From Camelus ferus (Eukaryota): 64,000 nt of DNA. This document shows, one piece after another, positions 26,705 through 35,925 of the stretch. The translations under genes and the position numbers were made by a program. The notes under the pieces were generated by a model. The model was not told where the DNA came from and made no database searches. It saw nothing but the letters and a program-made list of their open reading frames with translations. The DNA is taken from the NCBI RefSeq assembly GCF_009834535.1, contig NC_045707.1:58220001-58284000 (forward strand), given 5' to 3'. Every line of letters begins with the position of its first letter. Position 1 is the stretch's first letter.

Positions 26705-27797
26705 GAGGGGATTACTAGAGCTCATTTGTATGTTGAACAGAATGATTTAATAAGGAAGAAATTAATTATACACAAGAGGAGAGTGTCATTGTAGGAGCCA
26801 AGTCCTAGAAAGGGGAAAGATACAGATGATAGGACTGCTCTGAAAGGAGTCGAGAACTTCATCTACAAGTAAGAAGGCAGAGAGTGAGGGTGAGATGAGG
26901 AGATTCTGGAGGTTTAAGGGACTATGTGAACTAGTCTGTTTGCAGCACTGGAGAGCAAGCCTTCTAAGACCTGTATGGTTGTCAGACAGTGTGGGCTGCC
27001 CAGTTCAGACTATGGTCATGCATTTGAGTTTGGAGATGCATTGACTGGTGATGACAAAGAGCCTGAGTCTGGGAATGCCTGGCTAAAGAAGGGTAAAGAG
27101 GAAATGGTTATTGGAAGGGAGGAGCTCAAGTATCTGAGATGCCAAAAGATTGAATAGATTATTTTGTATATGTTATCACTAAGAACTGACATAAATACGA
27201 GAAGAAGACAGTCAGCCAGGGGCTAAGGTCCTTAGTAAATTGGAGTGACTGGGAGGGTGGTTGATGACACAACAAGGAGGTTGCTGCTTCTGGACAGGGC
27301 AGGTCTGACAGCATTAAATCCAGGCTGTGGGAGATTCTTCCAGTCATCAGGTGTGGGAAATCAGCAGAGGAGTCTGTTTTCATTGATGTCTAGTCAAATC
27401 AGACGTTCTCTCCTATCAAGAATATATTCTGTAATTCAAGGTATAAAATTATACATGCCCAATAGGCTATTTTCCTTTCTGACGAGCATATATGGAATAG
27501 AATTTACCAGAGTTCCTGTGTTTATGGTGCACAAATCTATATATTTGTACTACAAATGGAGGCTACATCTGTGTATGAAGTTAGATATCTTATGCATCCA
27601 TAAATAATAAAATCAATATAAAAATCCAGATTAAGTAGTATTATGGAAATATGTCAGAGAGTAAATTAATAAAAAATTCAGGTTGTTTTTCTGGATTATT
27701 GTGATGTTTATGGTATTTTTCAATTTGTTACAATATATAATTTTTTAAAATTTCATGTTCATTCTAAATATTTATTTTTTTATCTATTCTTTTTCTT

Positions 27798-27942
27798 CTT
27801 CTTTTTTTTTTTTTTTTCTTTGCAGGGAGGAGGTAATTAGGTTCATCTATTTATTTAGTTTTTTGATGGAGGTACTGGGGATTGAACCCAGGACCTCATA
27901 CATGCTAAGCATGTGCTCTACCACTTGAGCTATACCCTCCCC
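27798..27942 (-). mobile_element. Vic-1-like SINE, full length
   Basis: tRNA-Ala head with intact A and B boxes. TSD ctattctttttctt 27784-27797 / 27947-27960. Confidence 0.93.
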
Positions 27943-28148
27943 TCACCTATTCTTTTTCTTAAAGAAGGTCCCCTAAGTTTTATAAGCTTCAGGCACCACA
28001 AAAGAATAAGATTTTTCCTGAATAGGCCATAAATCTGGCCTAAGATTACCGGTAGTCAATTTAAAAAGGGAAACTCGCTAAGCTATAAAACACGTAGTTT
28101 TACTACGGTTAAAAAAAAAAATAGTAACACAAGGGAAATACAATTCTT

Positions 28149-28283
28149 TTTAAAAATTTTGTATTTATTTTGTATTTTTTTGTAGGGGGGAGGTGATTAG
28201 GTTACTTATTTATTTTTAGAGAAATTATTGGGGATTGTGTATGCTAAGCATGCGCAGTACCGTTTGAGCTATACCCTCCCCCC
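28149..28283 (-). mobile_element. Vic-1-like SINE with a B-box deletion
   Basis: Same head and tail as the neighbouring copy but lacking aacccaggacctc. TSD caattctt 28141-28148 / 28286-28293. Confidence 0.88.
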
Positions 28284-28519
28284 AGCAATTCTTAATATGA
28301 ATGTCAGGCATTTTTTCCTGGGAATATTATGTAATGTAATGGGCCACATTTTCTTAAACAGCCTACAGAAAATACAACACATTTCACAGAGCTCTTTCTA
28401 ATAGTATCAATCAATAGGGGCTTATGCTGTAATTTAGTGAGGGGGAAATCAGAGGCAGGGGTCTCTTCATCCCAGATTAGATGTCAGGGTATCTGGAAAT
28501 CTGCAAAATGGATAGATCA

Positions 28520-30870
28520 GACCTCCTGTTAAACATAAGCGATTGAACGCACGTGTTTACTCCCTCAAGTAACTTCGCTAAAACAAAAGTAAGGTGATAA
28601 ACCAGTAACAAAAAAAGAGGGTGGGAAATAAGAACAAAATTGTGGAAGATAAGGAAGATGAAAAACAGATAGATGTTAGCAGAGAAGAGAAAGGTGAGTT
28701 CTAACCACCTGCAAGGGGCAACGCCAGCAAGAAGGAATCCTTTCTGTCGTGAAGAAAGCTCATAAATTAGAGGCAGCAGCATAAGCTTCTGAGAGAGAGG
28801 AAAGAATGGTGGTGAAAACAGAAAGATTAGTTGAAAATCTGCATAAGGGACAGTTAGAGTCTCAATTCTCAATTCTCAAGTGCTTCCGGTAAGTCCCAGT
28901 AGCAAGGAGGCTGTTTCTCCTGATCCCGGCAGGGGACTGGAAGGTTCTTCTTCGGAGTTGTTGAATTAAAATGTACTGAATTTGAGCACACCATAAGGAC
29001 GGAGTGAAACCTGCATATTGAGGAAGGAGACTCCCCTAGTCTGCTTACTCTGCTCTGCACTTGAAACTGTTGACAACTGGCAACAGGCAGAAACAGAGTT
29101 TCTCTCAGGGAAACTGATCTGGCCAAGAGAATAGCCCTGTAGATACTCTTGACAGTTGACACATGCCTCCAAAAAAGGTCTAGATCCACACCCCAGCCCC
29201 CTAAACGGGGACCAGTAGTCAACAAGCTCTGCCTTTTCACAGAAAAGCATCCAATCAGCTCTTCAAAGTTTCAGTCTTAAAAATGAACAGCAGAGTCACG
29301 AGGAAATCCTCTGGCATGAAAGATGAAGGCTAAAACAAAGAGGAAAAAGGCAACATATAGGTGAGAGACACAGTGCACGACTAGCTGAAGAAAAGTTAAA
29401 TTAATTTCCTCAGGGAGAAAAAAGATGATGAATCTGACACAAGAACACAATAAAATGGAAGAAGGACATACAGAGGCTAAGAGAACACTGAAAAATGGAG
29501 GCAGATACAAAACAATTCAAAAGAAAGATTGGCAAATCAGATAGAGGAAGTTTCACTGAAAGTAGAATAACATGTCAAGAGATGGAAACTAGGAGGGAAA
29601 AAATTAGACATTTATGGGAAAACTCTTAGAAGTTCAAAATCTATTTAACAAGAATTCCAGAAAGAGAAAACAGAGAAAACAGAAGGGAAGAGTTACCAAA
29701 GGTATAAGATACGGACATTTCCCACCTGAAGGGCAGTGGCAGATTTAAAGGACCCACTGAGTGCCTAACATAATAATGAAAAAAAAAAAAAATCAGGACA
29801 AATCTTCAAGATATTTCAGAAGATCTGGGTAAGAAGTTCCAAAAACTTCCAGAGAGAAAATACAAAGGAGTCAGAATGACATGGGGTTTCTCACCTACAA
29901 CTCTGTAAACCTAAAGACAATATGGTGCTATCTTCAAAATTATAAAGGAAAATGATTTCCAACCTAGAGTTCTATGCCTCACCAAACTGTTAACCATTGT
30001 GCAGATACATTAAAAACGTTTGCTTACACATAAGTTCTCCAAGAATGTGTAATCCTATTTCCAGAGGATACAGAAGAAGTACTCCCCTAATGTGAGGATA
30101 AAAGAAAGAGGACAGTGTGGGATTCAGGAAACAAGGAGTCTGCACAGGAGATGATTCCCAGGTTGTTAGGGAAGCATAGTCCTAGGTTGACCATGTAGCA
30201 ATGAATCTTAAAGTCAGTCCAGACCAGAGCAGCGGATGAAGGGCTTTAGAAGACATATCTCCAAGCTAAAGAGACAGAAGGAACAGATCATCTGACACAA
30301 TTAACTGCATTGAGAGGAGGAAGTTTGGGTGTAAATCTGTGAAAGATATATAGAAAAAGAAGCCAATGATTAAAAAAAAAAAAAAAGAAAGAAAGGCATG
30401 TTTTAACTGTAGGAAAAAAAATAATTGTGCAACAAGAAAAAAGGTGTTAATAAAAAGGAAAACAATCGTAGTACACTGCATGGCTCAGTTGTGAACATTT
30501 GCGAAGTCTTAACTATAAACGTGAAATGTTTATTCAGTAAAAATTGCAATATAAATATAGCAAGAATTTAAGAATATGAAAGGTGTATGTGTAAGTTCAA
30601 GGATAAGAAAACTAAATTTTCTTCCTCTGTATCAAGAAGTCAATAAAGAATGTACGAAAATGGAGAAACCAGGTAGAAGCTAGCAAGTGAGGGCATTAAA
30701 AAATAAATAGGAAGATCTATATTAGCAGAAACAGTTATAAGAGTTCAAAGTTCTGGGTAGGATTTTGAGAGTGGGAAGGTTAGGTAGGAGATTGCTGTCT
30801 TTTGCTTTGATCCTTATAGAACTGAAGTATTTAACCATTAAGACTATGTACAGGTATTATTTTAATTTTA
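28520..30870 (+). mobile_element. HAL1 (half-L1), near full length
   Basis: L1-like 5' end and degenerate ORF1-like A-rich region (29450-30100), no ORF2, HAL1-type 3' end (gattgctgtcttttg...agaactg...actatgtacaggtattattttaa). Confidence 0.7.
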
Positions 30871-31045
30871 GAGGGTGAATTGCATATGTCCCAGAAATAT
30901 TTGCATTGAAGGCAAATCACTTCTCAATATCATATTAATTATTTCAACATATACAAATAGGCTGTACCACATTATGCCTGGAAGACATTAAGTAAGACAA
31001 CATTTAGAATCAGTTTCATTCTGACATATTGAAATGAACCTTTTT

Positions 31046-32075
31046 TTAAATATATATATATTTTTTTTATTGAAGTATAGTCAGTTTACAATGTTGTGTC
31101 CATTTCTGGTGTATTACACAATGCTTCAGTCACACATGAACATACATATATTCATTTTCATATTCCTTTTCAGTATAAGTTACTACAAGATACTGAATAT
31201 AGTTCCCTATGCTATATAGTATGAACTTGTTTATCTATTTTATATATGTGAGTATCTGTAAGTCTCAAACTCCCAATTTATCTCTTCCCACCACTTTCCC
31301 CATCTGTTAACCACAAGTTTGTTTTCTATGTCTGTGAGTCTTTCTATTTTGTAAATAAGTTTGTCTTTTTTTTTTTTTTTTTTTTTTTTTAGATTCCACA
31401 TATAAGTGATGTCATATGGTATTTGTCTTTCTCTTTCTGGCTTATTTCACCTAGACTGACAATCTCCCGGTCCCTCCATGTTACTGCAAATGGTATTATT
31501 TTATTATTTATGGTTCAATAGTATTCCATTGTATAAATATACCTCAGCTTCTTTATCCAGTCATCTGTCAATGGACATTTAGGTTGTTCCATGTCTTGGC
31601 TATTGTAAATAGTGCTGCTATGAACATTGTGGTGCATGTATCTTTTTGAATTAAGGTTCCTCTGGATATATGCCCAGGAGTGGGATTGCTGGATCATACA
31701 GCAAGTCTATTTTAAGCCTTTTGAGGAATCTTCATACTGTTTTCCATAATGGCTGCACCAAACTACATTCCCACCAACAGTGTAGGAAGGTTTCCTTTTC
31801 TTCACACCCTCACCACTCAGCATTTATCATTTGTGGACTTTTGAATAACGGCCACTCTGACTAGTGTGAAGTGATACCTCATTGTAGTTTTGATTTGCAT
31901 TTCTCTGATGATTAGTGATATTGAGCATATTTTCCATGTCCTTATTGGCAATTTGTATGTCTTCATTGGAGGACTGCTTGTTTAGGTCTTCTGCCCATTT
32001 TTAGATTGGGTTTTTAAAAATTTTTTATTAAGGTGTATGAGCTGTTTATATATTCTGGAAATTAAGCCCTTGTTA
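31046..32075 (-). mobile_element. Camelid L1 3' fragment (~1 kb)
   Basis: ORF2 C-terminal remnants (QPKCPLTDDWIKKLRYIYTMEYY). TSD aaatgaaccttttt 31032-31045 / aaatgaatcttttt 32076-32089. Confidence 0.93.
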
Positions 32076-32171
32076 AAATGAATCTTTTTATTTGTTTTCT
32101 TAGTATCACCATATTTCTCCTTTATTATTAAGGACAAGTGTAACACCAAAATTAGCTATTTTAGGCTTGCT

Positions 32172-32370
32172 CAGAAGTTCTCAACTGGGGAAGATTTTGC
32201 CCTCCAGGAAATACTTGGCAAATTCAAAACTAGGGGTGGGGGACAGCTACTGGTAGGTAACTAGAAGCCAAGGATGCTGCTAAACATCCTATAATAGATG
32301 GAACAATGCCCCCCTACCCAAAGAATTATCCACTCCCAAATGTCAGTAATGCTGTAGTTGAGAAACCAAG
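32172..32370. mobile_element. MER20 (hAT-Charlie)
   Basis: gttctcaactggggaagattttgccctccagg...gccaaggatgctgctaaacatcct...aaatgtcagtaatgctgtagttgagaaacc. Confidence 0.85.
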
Positions 32371-32649
32371 CTCTGAGTCTTTGAGGCTTATTTCATCAGA
32401 ACACTATACACAAAGATTGATGACATGTAAACATGGCAATTTAGGAGTGACTCAGCTAAATATCTTGATGCAATGTTGGCAGCCATCTGGCTGTGAAATG
32501 TATCTTTGGGAATATTGAGAATGGTAAGGTAAAGACAGAAGGTATAATAAACGATAACGATAATACACACTGCTTTGTACCTCAATAATCTCTTTCATCC
32601 ATGGTTCCTAGGGCACTTTATAGACTAATAATAACTACCCTGGTACTCA

Positions 32650-33200
32650 CATCCTACCTTTTATCTAAGGATCTCAGGCACTTTCACAACCCTCTCACAG
32701 AGTAGGAAGTATTATTATCCCCATTTTATATGTAAGTAAACAGAGGCACAGAAGTTAAGCAACTTGCCCAAAGTCACACAAGTCAGTAGTAGCTAACATT
32801 CCTGACTCAGCACCTATTAATACTAAGAGAACTGGTCTAAGAGATGGAGTGATAAATTATGTGTCATAAGTGTTACCCTAGTTCATTCAAAGTCTATTGT
32901 TTTCAAGTTAATATTGTATATTTAGGACCTTATATTTTTTGTCTGCCCCTCTCCCCTTCTTAGAGACCCAGGACTCTATTTATAATGTCCTACGAATTAA
33001 AGAGACTATATTTACTGGGTGCTTTCCTTGAACCAAGGAAATTCTTATTAACTGCCAGTTCTTATGAACAACTCAAAAACATATGCTGTTATTACTGGTT
33101 TTATAGTAACAAAAGCCGAGTTTCAGAGAATTTAAACAACATGCCCAAGATCACTCAGCTATTTATATTTTGTATTCAGGCACATGATATCCTCTTTCCT
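32650..33200 (-). mobile_element. Two MIR elements (~32650-32830 and ~33010-33200)
   Basis: attatccccattttata...gaggcacagaagttaagcaacttgcccaaagtcacac; aacatgcccaagatcactcagcta. Confidence 0.8.
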
Positions 33201-34629
33201 CATCCTGCAGTCCCTCCAAGAGAAAATCCTCTGGTAAGTTACAAAGCATATTCATGTTAATCTGTTTAATGCCCAGCCCTCCCTCTCCCCCCTTAAAACT
33301 CAGAAAACAAAGTAATGAATCATTAATGAGGAGTTTCAGGTGGCGCACCCAGGTTGGTAGCAGCTAGGCTCAGCCTTTTAAACCGATTCCCAAGGAAAGC
33401 CTTTAATTTTCTAAAGATTTTTCCAGAGCTCTCTCTGGGTTATCCACATGTTCACCCCAGCAACCAGACCAAAGACCAGAACTGAGTGACTTTCCCCTCT
33501 GATAAATAAATTGCTTGTGAAACACTTTCTCCTTTTCTCATTCCTGTGCAGGCACACGCTGACTGCTCATCCACCAGGTGCCACCTGGGCAAGACAGGTA
33601 CTAAGTAGGAAGAAAGATTTATGTTAGGTAAGAATGTGACTCAGGGCTCGCCTACTTCTTACAAAATGGTAACCTGGCATTTGTACCCTCTGACAATGAT
33701 GTGCCCTGGCATTACTTGGATACCTTGAGATCTGTCTCCTCAGATGCCTGACGGTGGCTGTCCATCCAGCCCTGATCCAGAAATCTGAGATGACTTGTAT
33801 CTGAAGATAAGATTTACCCTATGGCATGTTAAAGATAGAAAAATTGCGACAATAATCGCTCAGCTCACATCAAATCAGCGTCTGTGCAGCTTTAGGACTT
33901 TGGTAGGGAACTTTGCTGCTACCACTATCTGTAAAGAGGAGGTATCGAGACAGAGTTAAGAGGAAACTCCAAATACGACTGGGATCGCCAATTGTCAAAG
34001 TGAGTTTTACATTTTCTCCTGCGAGCCTAAGAAATAGTAAAGCCTTGACTATTCACTGACAATTAAGCCCCTCCTTTCAGCCGACCCTTTCACCTGAGAT
34101 CAACAGACTCATAAGGAGGGTCTTGGGTTTCAGTTCTTTCTAGTTTCCTGCCTGCTACCCTAGAGCATCCGAAAAGGGGGCAGCGACGAGGAAAAGTGAC
34201 TCGCGAGCGTTTTCCCATCTTGGCTAGTCAGGCCCTGAATCATCACCAGTCGATTGCACTTTCCCCCTCAGCCAGCAGCATTCGAGATTTTCCCTGGAAG
34301 AATATGTCTTGTACTTAAAAGGAAGAGTGGTGGGAGACTGGGGAGGCGGAGAAGAGGCGCGGGGAGAAGGGCGTGGAGGGCCGTTCCCGCCCCGGAGTCG
34401 GAGGCGCCGAGAGGCCGGACACCGCGAGGCTGCGAGCCCAGGAATGTGCGGTCCCATCGGCGGGCGCGGGGCCGGCAGCGGCGGCGGGCAGGACGCAGAG
34501 CCGCGCACCTGAGCGCCGGGGGCGGGGCGTCGGCGGGCGCAGCCCCCCTGCCGCGCGCCGCGCCCCTCGCGCGCCGTCTCGGTCCTTTCCGCCCGCGCTT
34601 CGGCGCCGCTCGGCTCCCCTCCCTCCCCT

Positions 34630-34768
34630 CCCTCATTCCCTCCCTCCCAGCCGGGGAGAGCCGCGGGCTCGGGACGGCGAGTTGGCCTCGGCACTTTCCG
34701 CGCGGGCGCTGCGGCTCACCTGGGCGCCCGCTCCCAGCCCCGCTCCTCGTCCCCTCAACTCCTCTCAG
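34630..34768 (+). other. PAWR: PAWR non-coding exon 1 (5' end approximate)
   Basis: Consensus donor CAG|GTAAGG at 34768/34769 inside the CpG island, downstream of GC boxes. PAWR is known to have a non-coding first exon. TSS cannot be fixed from sequence alone. Confidence 0.7.
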
Positions 34769-35266
34769 GTAAGGGGCCGCCCGCGCTCCACGCGCGCACC
34801 CGTCCCTCCCGGACTTGTCTGGACAGCTGGGTCGGGACGCGTCCCACCTCTCCGCGAGCCGGTGAGGGGGCTCCGCGCCTCGCCCGGGGAATGAGGGTGT
34901 CGGTGGCGGGGTCCCCGCACCGGAGCGAGGGGCCGGAGATGCGACGGGCCAACAGGTGGCGGGGTCCGGCCCTGGCCCCTCGACCGCCGCAGGCGCGGAC
35001 TCCGGCGGGGATGGGGCGGGCGGGCCGGGGGTGGGGACAGCGCCTCTCTCCTCCCCTCGGGGGCGGCGATCGTCCGGACCCGCCGTGTAGGTGCGTTGGA
35101 GAAACTTTGCAGGGTGGGGACTCGGCGGCTCCTCGCCGGCGGCGCTGAGTGGGTGCGCTCTCCGGGCGTGGGGGGCGCTCTGAGGGGCGCGGCCGCGGGG
35201 CAGACCCTCAGGCCGGGCGAGGACCTGACGCTTCCCTTCCCCGCCCCCTTTTGTGTTTCCCCGCAG

Positions 35267-35415
35267 ACCGGCCGGTCCCTGGGGGAGCCGCGGCCACCCC
35301 CGCGCCCGGGGGTCGTTCCCTCGCCTCCTCCGGGCGGCGGGAAGGAAGCGGCGGCGGCCGGAGCCGGGGCGGGCGGCCTGAGGTGAGAGCCCGGCCGGCT
35401 GGCCCCGCTGGGAAT
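35267..35415 (+). other. PAWR: PAWR exon 2 5'UTR portion
   Basis: Branch-point-like CTGAC at 35225-35229, then a pyrimidine tract and CCGCAG| acceptor ending at 35266, 149 nt upstream of the ATG. Confidence 0.85.
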
Positions 35416-35925
35416 ATGGCGACCGGTGGCTACCGGACCGGCGGCGGCGGCGGCAGCACCACAGACTTCCTGGAGGAGTGGAAGGCGAAGCGCGAGAAGA
35501 TGCGCGCCAAGCAGAACCCCCCCGCGCCCGGCGGGGGCACCGGCGACGCGGCCGGGAAGCTCCCTCCGGGGTCTCTGGGCACCTCGGCCGCCGCGGCGGC
35601 CAACGAGCTCAACAACAACCTCCCGGGCGGCGCCGCCGCACCTGCCGCCCCCGGTCCGGGGGGCGTGAACTGCGCGGTGGGCCCCGCGCCGCTGAGCCGC
35701 GCGGCCCCGGGCTCCCGGCGGCCCGAGGACGAGTCCCCCGCCGCCCCCACCGCCGCCGCTTCGGGGGCAGCGCCGGCCCGGGGAGACGAGGAGGAGCGGG
35801 ACGGCGCCCCGGAGAAGGGCAAGAGCTCGGGCCCCAGCGCCAGGAAAGGCAAGGGACAGATCGAGAAGAGGAAGCTGCGGGAGAAGCGGCGCTCCACCGG
35901 CGTGGTCAACATCCCAGCCGCAGAG
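35416..35925 (+). CDS. PAWR: PRKC apoptosis WT1 regulator (Par-4), first coding exon (exon 2), aa 1-170; CDS continues beyond the window
   Basis: Translation MATGGYRTGGGGGSTTDFLEEWKAKREKMRAKQNP...AANELNNNLPGGA...GKSSGPSARKGKGQIEKRKLREKRRSTGVVNIPAAE matches the Par-4 N-terminus (NLS1, NLS2, KRRST PKA site). Strong Kozak context (AAT ATG G). Ends at a phase-0 donor GAG|GTGAGC. Confidence 0.97.

Noticed and set aside
27868..27942. tRNA-Ala(AGC) genes here and at 11621-11694 and 21093-21166
   Set aside because: A-rich tails, TSDs, divergence between copies and disrupted stems identify them as SINE heads
32421..32440. p53 response element (two CATG cores)
   Set aside because: Cores are 8 bp apart rather than 10 and the flanks do not fit RRRCWWGYYY
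35149..35415. N-terminal extension of PAWR in the 330-aa ORF call
   Set aside because: Begins at a non-ATG codon inside intron 1 and runs across the acceptor; the conserved protein starts at ATG 35416
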